From positions 1-7,571 of the IMG/VR virus record IMGVR_UViG_2529293138_000004: a stretch of DNA of 7,571 nucleotides. One strand, given 5' to 3'. This DNA is from a virus (taxonomy: Duplodnaviria; Heunggongvirae; Uroviricota; Caudoviricetes). Below the pieces are notes generated by a model, which was not told the DNA's origin, made no database searches, and saw only the letters and a program-made list of their open reading frames with translations. Position 1 is the first letter of the stretch. Each line of letters begins with the position of its first letter. The translations under genes were made by a program, and so were the position numbers. Shown here in pieces: positions 1-6,430 of the stretch.

Positions 1-1230
1 ATGAGCAGAGCACTTAACAAACTGAGTGATACACAGCTAAGGAAAATCAACGGCACACCCGCCCAAAAAACAGCCTTTCTTAATGACGGTGGAAACCTGA
101 GCGTCAGGCATTCAACCAGCGGCCTTTTAACCTGGTATTTCACTTACAGGGCCGGAACGGGAAGGGGGGCACCACCGGAACGCATTAAGCTGGGAAATTA
201 TCCTGATCTGAGCCTGAAATCAGCCAGGGAAAAAGCCGCCCAGTGTCGCGCATGGCTGGCTGAGGGGAAAAATCCACGTCATGAGATGAATTACACCGTA
301 CAGGAAGCGTTAAAGCCGGTAACGGTTGGCGATGCGCTCACCTACTGGCTTGAGTCGTACGCAAAGGAAAACCGCGTGGATTATGCCGCCCTGAAAAAGC
401 GCCTTAATAATCACGTAATACAGCACATTGGTGCTATGCCGCTGGATAAATGCGAGCTACGGCACTGGCTGGCCTGTTTTGACCAGGTGGCAAAGCGAAC
501 GCCTGTTACTGCCGGATTCTTGCTACAGACGTGCAAACAGGCGCTTAAGTTCTGCCGGAGGCGGCGCTATGCAATCAGCAACGTTCTTGATGATATGAGT
601 GTGGCGGACGTTGGGAAAAAACCGGATATAAGCGAGCGTGTCTTAAGCACCAAAGAACTGGGCGAATTATTGCAGGCTCTGGACAAAAAAATATTCTCCC
701 CCTACTACATCGCGTTAATCCGCCTCCTGATTGTTTTCGGATGCCGGACGGTAGAACTGAGGTTATCGGAGATCAGCGAGTGGGATTTTACCGAAATGCT
801 CTGGACCGTGCCGAAAGAACACAGCAAAACGAAGGTGGCAATATTCCGGCCCATACCGGAAGCAATACTGCCGTTCGTCACGCAGCTGGTGGAGCAGAAC
901 AGGCACACGGGCTTATTGCTGGGGGAAGTGAAACAGGAAACAAGCGTGTCGCAGTACGGCAGATTAGCGCACAGGAGGCTAAAACACCCTCACTGGTCAC
1001 TGCATGACATCCGGCGCACCTTTACAACGATGCTGAACGATTTAGGCGTGGATCCTCACGTCGTGGAGCAGCTTACAGGTCATCAGATGCCAGGGATGCA
1101 ACGAGTCTATAACCATTCCCGTTATCTGGATGCGAAACGTGACGCGCTGGATATGTGGACGGAGCGGTTAGGGATACTGGCGGGAACACATGAAAACGTA
1201 ACTACCTTGCCAATAGCCAGAGAAATATAA
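1..1230 (+). CDS. int: Tyrosine recombinase / phage integrase, P4-like family (409 aa)
   Basis: ORF 1-1230. N-terminal arm-type DNA-binding region (LSDTQLR..DGGNL..WYFTYR..KLGNYPDLSLKSAREKA), catalytic box I Arg (FGCRTVEL), HDIRRTF (H-x-x-R) and C-terminal Tyr (RVYNHSRYLD). The window starts exactly at the ATG, so the true 5' end and the attachment site upstream cannot be verified. Confidence 0.9.
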   Translation: MSRALNKLSDTQLRKINGTPAQKTAFLNDGGNLSVRHSTSGLLTWYFTYRAGTGRGAPPERIKLGNYPDLSLKSAREKAAQCRAWLAEGKNPRHEMNYTVQEALKPVTVGDALTYWLESYAKENRVDYAALKKRLNNHVIQHIGAMPLDKCELRHWLACFDQVAKRTPVTAGFLLQTCKQALKFCRRRRYAISNVLDDMSVADVGKKPDISERVLSTKELGELLQALDKKIFSPYYIALIRLLIVFGCRTVELRLSEISEWDFTEMLWTVPKEHSKTKVAIFRPIPEAILPFVTQLVEQNRHTGLLLGEVKQETSVSQYGRLAHRRLKHPHWSLHDIRRTFTTMLNDLGVDPHVVEQLTGHQMPGMQRVYNHSRYLDAKRDALDMWTERLGILAGTHENVTTLPIAREI

Positions 1231-1590
1231 TTTTTTTTGCGATTTTTCAGGATGCGGACAACGTGAAACAACTAGACACAACGACGAACAACAAGGAACA
1301 AAATGGAACAACGGGTTAAAAATTAGCCATCGTGATAACCATTTGATTTTTATAGGTGTACTGTTTTTTTATACACTGGCGAATCACTCTTAAAAATATG
1401 TAAAAAAGGCGTAAAAGTAAAATTTTATGCCTTTGCATCATAATGAATTAAAAGAGTTTTTATTCTCATTCCCCCTGCTTCTGTAAAACGACCTCCGCCA
1501 GTGTTTGCCATTCCACAAACACCCTGACACAATCAGACACAACCCAATAATCCACCCAATGACTCTTTAATAAACAACAAAGGGGGAATT
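1231..1590 (+). promoter_or_regulatory. AT-rich int-alpA intergenic region with phased A/C-rich direct repeats; presumed alpA promoter/operator region
   Basis: GGAACAA at 1295-1301 and 1305-1311; GACACAA at 1275-1281, 1526-1532 and 1536-1542 (two pairs phased at 10 bp); AT-rich stretch 1380-1460 with -10-like hexamers. No promoter position could be fixed confidently. Confidence 0.3.
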
Positions 1591-1779
1591 GTGTTAAGCA
1601 CAGATCGCTTTATACGTGAAAAAGAATGTCAGCAACTTACAGGCCTGAGCCGCTCATGTCGGTACCGCCTGGAAAAAGCCGGACAATTTCCATCACGGCG
1701 TAAGCTCGGCGGTCGTTCCGTTGGCTGGTCTTTATCCGAAGTTCTGGCATGGAAGGACAGCTGCGAGGCAGTTCACTAA
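1591..1779 (+). CDS. alpA: AlpA/Vis-family prophage transcriptional regulator (62 aa, GTG start)
   Basis: GTG at 1591 preceded by AGGGGGAA Shine-Dalgarno (1581-1588). Helix-turn-helix signature LTGLSRSCRYRLEKAGQFP..KLGGRSVGWSLSEVLAW is typical of AlpA-type regulators found next to P4-like integrases. Confidence 0.85.
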   Translation: MLSTDRFIREKECQQLTGLSRSCRYRLEKAGQFPSRRKLGGRSVGWSLSEVLAWKDSCEAVH

Positions 1780-1785
1780 TCAGGC

Positions 1786-1804
1786 TGGCGGCACACAGCC
1801 GCCA
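1786..1804 (+). other. GC-rich hairpin (7-bp stem TGGCGGC/GCCGCCA, 5-nt loop) just after alpA; no U-tract
   Basis: Perfect inverted repeat 1786-1792 / 1798-1804; the following sequence is not T-rich, so it is not a canonical intrinsic terminator. Confidence 0.3.
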
Positions 1805-1831
1805 CCCATCCACTAATACAGAGATCTAACC

Positions 1832-2131
1832 ATGAATACTGGATATTCTCCCGAACAAGGGCGGGGCTTCGTTCGTCCTGAAAAACAGAATCTGCAAAAT
1901 TTTGCCGAAATTATTCCGGTTATTTCCGGCCTTACTGGCGGGAGTGAAACCAATATTGTTAACGACAGAGCGTTGCAGATGTTTGATGATAAAAAGGGAG
2001 TAAATTTAACTTACACCCCTGACGGCAATCAGAATATGAGCATTATCTCTGAGTCAGGTTTCTACAAACTAATAAAAACAAAAAGCGCCCCGTTGCCGGA
2101 GCGCCTTTGTGAACAATTAACCTGCTGCACA
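1832..2131 (+). pseudogene. BRO-N domain-like ORF (antirepressor-associated N-terminal domain); no in-frame stop until 3232, likely frameshifted or degraded
   Basis: Residues ~20-95 (NIVNDRALQMFDDKKGVNL..GNQNMSIISESGFYKLIKTKSAPLPERL) match the BRO-N pattern (..LDDDEKG....MTVINESGLYSLILRSRKPEAKKF..). Downstream the same frame becomes Cys/Ser-rich low-quality sequence antisense to a better small gene. An A8 tract at 2201-2208 lies inside the ORF; removing one A would terminate at TGA 2232-2234. Confidence 0.4.
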
Positions 2132-2319
2132 AAAAATAAATATGAGCAGTGGGATTATATCATCCAGGTGACGAAGCGCCACAATTGCCGGATAACAGGC
2201 AAAAAAAAGGCGACCGCAAAATGGTCGCCAGTGAGAACAAAGGAAATCAAACGCGTCACCAACAATGCCACATTTGCGGCTGGTGGGCAATGTGATCAGT
2301 GTGCTGGCTTGCTGGTGGG

Positions 2320-2499
2320 CTATTCCTGTTCTTTGGCCTTGCGACGCTGGCGGCGTTTGATCTCGCCTTTTGCGGCAGTAACTAAAAAACCAGCGGTACT
2401 TTCGCCAGGTTCTTTAAGTTGCTCAATATCATCCATTACTTCATGTGGGATTCTGACAGTTGTCATTTGTGATTTTGCGTTCTTTGCACCAGTTGCCAT
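2320..2499 (-). CDS. Small ribbon-helix-helix (Arc/CopG-like) putative DNA-binding protein, 59 aa
   Basis: Minus-strand ATG (complement of 2497-2499) preceded by AGGAG at 8-nt spacing; product MATGAKNAKSQMTTVRIPHEVMDDIEQLKEPGESTAGFLVTAAKGEIKRRQRRKAKEQE has an RHH-like beta-strand (TVRIP) followed by two helices. The longer track ORF (to 2667) adds a non-protein-like extension. Confidence 0.5.
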   Translation of the reverse strand: MATGAKNAKSQMTTVRIPHEVMDDIEQLKEPGESTAGFLVTAAKGEIKRRQRRKAKEQE

Positions 2500-2566
2500 T
2501 TCTGGATCTCCTAAAAATTGGTGTATGCCAGTATACGCAAAAAAAATGATAAAAAAAGGCTTGAAG

Positions 2567-2611
2567 TGTATTTCACCAGTGAGTAAATTAAAAAGCAAAG
2601 GTGAAATACAC
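2567..2611. promoter_or_regulatory. Perfect 12-bp inverted repeat GTGTATTTCACC / GGTGAAATACAC with 21-bp spacer; candidate operator upstream of the RHH gene
   Basis: Arms at 2567-2578 and 2600-2611; a third GTGTAT half-site at 2521-2526; a -10-like TATACT on the minus strand (complement of 2527-2532) between the repeat and the RHH start. Confidence 0.4.
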
Positions 2612-2764
2612 CTAAAAGAGCAACGCCCCGCAGTGCTCGCAACACATGCAGGGCGTCTAACCACCAACGATAGAAAGAGTATCGAGGTAGCTATGAGAAA
2701 TCATACCACACACCCGCAAGGGCGGGACTCGCACAACCTGAATAAAGCGGGTATGAAAAACCTG

Positions 2765-2794
2765 TTGATCGCCACTGCCAGCCAGGGCTATGAT
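2765..2794 (+). promoter_or_regulatory. Candidate sigma70 promoter (TTGATC-N18-TATGAT) facing the icd-like region
   Basis: -35-like TTGATC 2765-2770, 18-nt spacer, -10-like TATGAT 2789-2794. Sequence match only. Confidence 0.3.
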
Positions 2795-2856
2795 TCATGT
2801 GCACCTCATAAAACGGGTGCCGGGATTACCACCCCGCTGATGTCCAGGGCGATACA

Positions 2857-2878
2857 GACGCCGCACGCGTCTTTTTTT
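2857..2878 (+). terminator. Intrinsic terminator-like hairpin (GACGC-cgcac-GCGTC) followed by T7
   Basis: Stem 2857-2861 / 2867-2871, then TTTTTTT 2872-2878. It sits in the leader between the candidate promoter and the structured RNA/icd region. Confidence 0.5.
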
Positions 2879-2907
2879 GTATCGGCGCACACGCACACCT
2901 TAACAAT

Positions 2908-2987
2908 GGTGGGCTGTACGGGGCCGACTTCGGTCGGGCTGGTCACCTTGGACGCCAGTTGTGGTAACCCTGTACAGTCCACCGCCA
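2908..2987 (+). ncRNA. Candidate tRNA-like structured RNA (P1 c4 / P4 CI antisense-RNA-like) immediately upstream of the first Icd-like ORF
   Basis: 12-bp closing stem 2908-2919 (GGTGGGCTGTAC) with 2972-2983 (GTACAGTCCACC, one G-U) followed by GCCA (2984-2987), enclosing a cUUCGg tetraloop hairpin (2924-2937) and a second hairpin (2941-2969). Structure is by eye, not computed. Confidence 0.3.
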
Positions 2988-3043
2988 GCGAGCTTACCAC
3001 CTCCGGCGGTGGGGATATCCCAACGTCTAAGGAGGCTGCCAAC

Positions 3044-3232
3044 ATGGCTACTACGCCTACCCTTATACATTCTCAAACTGCCTTTATCTGGCGCTTTATC
3101 ATCTTTGGCGCGTCAGAATCCCAAATCATCCACGTCACCGCCTGGACAGAACGCGAAGCGCGTAACCATTGCCCGTCCGGTTGTGTCGCTGTATTCGCCG
3201 CCCGTATTCGTCAGGGGTCACATCATGCTTAA
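3044..3232 (+). CDS. Icd-like small protein (host cell-division-inhibitor Icd / Ash-family-like), copy A, 62 aa
   Basis: ATG 3044 preceded by AAGGAGG (3029-3035). Product MATTPTLIHSQTAFIWRF...TEREARNH...VFAARIRQGSHHA, with the W-R-F ... TERE ... FAARIR pattern recalled for Icd-like proteins of P4-type elements. A longer in-frame annotation (from ATG 2906) is possible, but the strong internal SD favours the short form. Confidence 0.65.
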   Translation: MATTPTLIHSQTAFIWRFIIFGASESQIIHVTAWTEREARNHCPSGCVAVFAARIRQGSHHA

Positions 3233-3518
3233 AAACCGCTTGCAAAAAATTATCACGGGGCTGTATGCTTCCCCCGTCGCCCACATGGCGACCGGGTTTG
3301 ACAGCCTGAATAACATAGCGGACAGCCGCTTATATTCCGATATGCGGTTTTTTTGTGTCCGTAAACCTACCCATACCCGCATTATGGCGGGGCGTAACGG
3401 GGGAGCCTTTGCGCTCGCTGGTTTCTATGTTGCCAGTCTGTCAACCCTGTTACGTCTCGCCACCATGTTTGACAGCGTAGTAGCGAGACTCCTTACATCA
3501 AACATAGGAGCCTTTCAC

Positions 3519-3689
3519 ATGGCTGTATCCGCACGCCCTTACTTTGTCTGGCGCTTTATGCAGTGCCAGGAAAAACAAACCTCACTCTTTACCGTCACGG
3601 CAACAACAGAACGCGAAGCCCGCGCCCAGTTGCCGTACGCCCATCTGATTTTCGCCGCCCGTATTCGTCAGGAGGTGTGCCATGATTAA
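3519..3689 (+). CDS. Icd-like small protein, copy B (paralog of 3044-3232), 56 aa
   Basis: ATG 3519 preceded by AGGAG (3506-3510). Product MAVSARPYFVWRF...TEREARAQ...IFAARIRQEVCHD. Exact 22-bp repeat TTCGCCGCCCGTATTCGTCAGG at 3194-3215 and 3651-3672, and ACAGAACGCGAAGC shared with copy A. An in-frame upstream ATG at 3225 gives an alternative 154-aa form. Confidence 0.65.
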   Translation: MAVSARPYFVWRFMQCQEKQTSLFTVTATTEREARAQLPYAHLIFAARIRQEVCHD

Positions 3690-4038
3690 CCTGTCACTTA
3701 TCGACCTTAACCGCATCCAGTTTCGTGAGAAATTTACCTGGCAGCTACTGGTCAATGTAGAGAATGGACGCGTGGTAAGTAATTATCACCTGCCGGATGG
3801 TGCAATTGCCGGAAGCGTTGAAGCATTGCTGGAGCTGGCAGAACGTGCGCGACTGATTAAGCCGTTAACGTGCCATCACGATGATGATCTGCATTTTACC
3901 GGACGTATGATGAGCAATTATGAAAACGGCGTTGAAGCATCCCGCGAACGTCTGCATGATGATTACTGTTTCGGCACATTGCCGGAATTTATCGAATTGC
4001 TGACCAGTTGCGGTTATCAGGTCATTCAGGGGGGGTAA
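3682..4038 (+). CDS. Hypothetical protein, 118 aa
   Basis: ATG 3682 overlaps the icdB stop (ATGATTAA) and is preceded by AGGAGG (3671-3675), indicating translational coupling. Position after c4/icd matches the ant slot of P1 immI, but no motif was recognised. Confidence 0.75.
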   Translation: MINLSLIDLNRIQFREKFTWQLLVNVENGRVVSNYHLPDGAIAGSVEALLELAERARLIKPLTCHHDDDLHFTGRMMSNYENGVEASRERLHDDYCFGTLPEFIELLTSCGYQVIQGG

Positions 4039-4040
4039 AC

Positions 4041-4292
4041 ATGCGTGATGATCGTTTTAATTCCCTGAAACAGGAATTTTCCGGCGTGTCTTATGATGCG
4101 GGTGATGCGCTTTTATCAATATCTGAAATTATGCGGGTGGCTTTTTTCTTTCTTTGCACTGATGAGCACAGGGATACAGGACTAAATATTCTTGATATCG
4201 CCTCTGATTATGCTGATTACGTGGCTGAATTTAATTTAAGAGAAAAACAGTTATTACGCGAACAGAATAAAACGCCTTCCACCGGAGAATAA
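4041..4292 (+). CDS. Hypothetical protein, 83 aa
   Basis: ATG 4041 two nt after the upstream stop, preceded by a G-rich SD (4028-4035). The track's longer form starts at TTG 4008 inside the upstream gene and is less likely. Confidence 0.6.
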   Translation: MRDDRFNSLKQEFSGVSYDAGDALLSISEIMRVAFFFLCTDEHRDTGLNILDIASDYADYVAEFNLREKQLLREQNKTPSTGE

Positions 4293-4297
4293 AAATA

Positions 4298-4585
4298 ATG
4301 AAACTTAAATATTCTGGCTTAACTGCCAGCGGCACCGCTCGGCCTGAAATCCGTAACGGCGATATTTACCGCGATAAATATGGCGGCATGGTAACGATTA
4401 AAGGCGTGGCAGAACGGCGCATCACCTACCGCCGTGAAGGTTACGAATATGATTGCGTGATGCCTGTTTATCAATTCCGGCGTGATTTCACGCTGGTAGG
4501 CCATCGTAAAGCCGTTAATCAGAAACGTGCAACAGGTTATATCCGCAAAATCCGTGAAATGCTGGTCGCAGGGGGTAAGAAATGA
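4298..4585 (+). CDS. Hypothetical small protein, 95 aa (tentatively DUF4222-like: YRD and GxV motifs)
   Basis: ATG 4298 with GGAGA upstream; contains IYRDKYGGMVTIKGV. The family assignment is from memory and is low-certainty. Confidence 0.7.
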   Translation: MKLKYSGLTASGTARPEIRNGDIYRDKYGGMVTIKGVAERRITYRREGYEYDCVMPVYQFRRDFTLVGHRKAVNQKRATGYIRKIREMLVAGGKK

Positions 4586-5979
4586 AACTGGCACCGAACG
4601 TAAAACGATTACCGAAAGATAAATACACCGATGCGATTATTTTTGCGGGTATTGATGCTCACTCATTCGCAGAGCATTACATCATTGCACAGGCCAAAAA
4701 AGCAGGCGATCCAGTCCCTCCCGTTTATCTGGGGCGTTATCAGTTAAGCGAACTGGATAACCTCCAGATTGTTGATGATGGGCGATACAGGGCGACGGTG
4801 ATACGCGCCGGAAATATTGAAGAGCCGCAGCTGTTAACCATCGCCACGAAACTGGCGATCGCCGGAGTCCAGGAGGCGCGGCTACTTTCTGAAAATTTCG
4901 AATTGCTGGAGGAATGGAGCGACCAGCTTCCACGGCTTAGGGAGACATGGGAACGCGGGGAAAGCCTGAGCAACCAGCGAAAAACCACGCTACCAATGAG
5001 CGTGGGATCTGCCGGATACGACACACAACTTGATTACGTGGTTAAGGGAATTATTCCGGCTGTATCGCTTTGCAGCATATACGGGGCGAGCGGTTCCTAT
5101 AAATCATTCCTTGCCGGATCGTGGGCGTGTCACGTTTCCACTGGCCGCCAGTGGGGATGCCGCAGGGTGGCGCATGGCGCTGTTCTCTATGTGGTTGGTG
5201 AAGGCGGTATCGGCGTTCCTCGTCGTGTAAAAGCCTGGGAGGTTGTGCACGGTGAGCAGGTGAAAAATCTGTATCTGGTAAACCGTCCCATCTTTCCGGC
5301 TGCCCCGCTTGATGTTGATGAAATGGTTATCGCTGCCCGTCAGGTGGAACGGGAAACGGGTAAACCTGTACGCATGATTATTCTGGATACGCTGGCGCGG
5401 TGCTTTGGTGGCAATGATGAAAATGATTCCCGTGATATGGGGGCGTTTATCCGTGGGTGTGACGAACTGAAACGACGCACAGGGGCCACGGTGCTGGTGG
5501 TTCACCATTCCGGCAAGGATGAAACAAAGGGAGCGCGTGGTTCCAGTGCATTTCGTGCTTCGCTGGATGCTGAATACCGGATACGCAGGGAGGACGCAGG
5601 AAGCGAAGCCCTGGTTATCTCATGCACCAAAATGAAGGATGCGGAGGAACTCAAAGAAGCCGCATATGACTTACGCGTGGTGGAGCTTTTTACCGACGCT
5701 GACGGGGAGTTAATCACGTCGCTGGTGGTGGTGGATAAGCCGCGCCCTCCCGTTGAACTGGAGCGCATCGAGGAGGCTGGCAACAAGACGGAAAACCATA
5801 CCGCGCTATGGGGATGCATACGTTCACGCACACAGAACGGCGACAAGTGCACGATCCCGCTGTTACGTGATGACATGAAAAAACTGGGGTACGAAATGAA
5901 AAACTTCCGGCGCTGGCTGTACAAGCTGGAAAAAGACAGGGTTATTCGTATCGATGGGGATGATGTAGCGCCGCTATAA
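4582..5979 (+). CDS. RecA-fold replicative ATPase/helicase-like protein (AAA_25 / RepA-like), 465 aa
   Basis: ATG 4582 overlaps the upstream stop (ATGA). P-loop region IYGASGSYKSFLAG, Walker B/sensor region MIILDTLARCFGGNDENDSRDMGAFIRGCDELKRRTGATVLVVHHSGKD, matching the pattern of AAA_25 family replication helicases. N-terminal ~150 aa unassigned; no primase domain evident. Confidence 0.85.
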   Translation: MKLAPNVKRLPKDKYTDAIIFAGIDAHSFAEHYIIAQAKKAGDPVPPVYLGRYQLSELDNLQIVDDGRYRATVIRAGNIEEPQLLTIATKLAIAGVQEARLLSENFELLEEWSDQLPRLRETWERGESLSNQRKTTLPMSVGSAGYDTQLDYVVKGIIPAVSLCSIYGASGSYKSFLAGSWACHVSTGRQWGCRRVAHGAVLYVVGEGGIGVPRRVKAWEVVHGEQVKNLYLVNRPIFPAAPLDVDEMVIAARQVERETGKPVRMIILDTLARCFGGNDENDSRDMGAFIRGCDELKRRTGATVLVVHHSGKDETKGARGSSAFRASLDAEYRIRREDAGSEALVISCTKMKDAEELKEAAYDLRVVELFTDADGELITSLVVVDKPRPPVELERIEEAGNKTENHTALWGCIRSRTQNGDKCTIPLLRDDMKKLGYEMKNFRRWLYKLEKDRVIRIDGDDVAPL

Positions 5980-6156
5980 AGTGAGGTGCAAAAGCGAGGT
6001 GTATAGAAGGAGGGCCAAAATTAGACCGCTACCCCTCACTTTTCGGCCTGTATACATCCTCAAAAGTGAGGGGCAAAAAAATACTTATGAAACACACACA
6101 TAGAAAAAGCGAAAATCTCAAGCGAGACGGAGCCAGACACTTTAAAAAGTGAGGCG
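5978..6156. repeat. Iteron array AAAG(T/C)GAGG(T/G)G (direct and inverted copies) with an AT-rich stretch; candidate replication origin
   Basis: Copies at 5978-5988, 5991-6001, 6062-6073, 6144-6156, inverted copy 6032-6043 (forming a 12-bp inverted repeat with 6062-6073), and degenerate copies at 6104-6115 and 6119-6130. Lies directly downstream of the replication ATPase gene. Confidence 0.5.
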
Positions 6157-6178
6157 AAAAACTGAGAGTTTGCGAGAA

Positions 6179-6430
6179 ATGAACAAAATGCGTAGAGACA
6201 GAACAGAGCCAAAATATAAAGCGTTAGACATGACAGAGCACGCTTTAAAGGTGGCAATCAGAACGATAGACCGCCACGCGGGGGAAGGATACGCGAAGGA
6301 ACATCCCGACATGATAAGCGCATTCATGACCACAGCAGCGGCAAACTTTGCCACGCTGACAGAACGGGAGATTGCCGAAGCGGAACAGGTAACAACCATC
6401 AACGTTAAAACCGGAGAGCAGACAGCATGA
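6179..6430 (+). CDS. Hypothetical protein (~83 aa; start ambiguous among GTG 6149, ATG 6179, 6188, 6230)
   Basis: ORF ends with a TGA overlapping the ATG of the SSB gene (ATGA at 6427-6430), suggesting coupling; no recognisable motif and weak SD candidates. Confidence 0.5.
   Translation: MNKMRRDRTEPKYKALDMTEHALKVAIRTIDRHAGEGYAKEHPDMISAFMTTAAANFATLTEREIAEAEQVTTINVKTGEQTA

Noticed and set aside
705-1007. Small ORFs 705-908 (minus) and 741-1007 (plus) inside the integrase gene
   Set aside because: Nested within the integrase coding region in other frames; no independent support.
2320-2499. Toxin-antitoxin pair with the RHH protein as antitoxin
   Set aside because: No adjacent co-directional small toxin ORF; the downstream minus-strand region is antisense to the BRO-N ORF and contains no convincing gene.
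2320-2667. 115-aa minus-strand ORF (longer form of the RHH gene)
   Set aside because: The upstream 56 codons translate the inverted-repeat/promoter region into implausible sequence; the internal ATG with an AGGAG SD is the likely start.
2908-2987. Genuine tRNA gene
   Set aside because: The 12-bp closing stem with only two internal hairpins and no recognisable D/anticodon/T arm arrangement does not fit a canonical cloverleaf; it is better explained as a tRNA-like regulatory RNA precursor.
2806-3045. 79-aa minus-strand ORF
   Set aside because: Antisense to the structured RNA candidate and the icdA ribosome-binding site; composition not protein-like.
1832-3232. 466-aa ORF as a single gene
   Set aside because: Only the N-terminal ~100 aa (BRO-N-like) and the C-terminal ~62 aa (Icd-like, with its own strong SD) look protein-like; the middle is Cys/Ser/His-rich, antisense to a better RHH gene, and contains promoter and terminator signals.
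2961-3689. 242-aa ORF spanning both Icd-like copies
   Set aside because: Its N-terminal part is the alternate frame of icdA (Pro/Ser/Leu-rich, non-protein-like). The only plausible long form is from ATG 3225, and even that is less supported than the SD-preceded ATG at 3519.
4682-5924. Minus-strand ORFs 4682-4933, 4740-5024, 5104-5508 and 5502-5924, and plus-strand 5030-5230
   Set aside because: All lie inside or antisense to the well-supported replication ATPase gene and have Arg/Ser-rich compositions typical of spurious frames in GC-rich coding DNA.
5978-6165. CRISPR array
   Set aside because: Repeats are short (9-12 bp), irregularly spaced, in mixed orientation and lack unique spacers of uniform length; this is iteron-like, not CRISPR.
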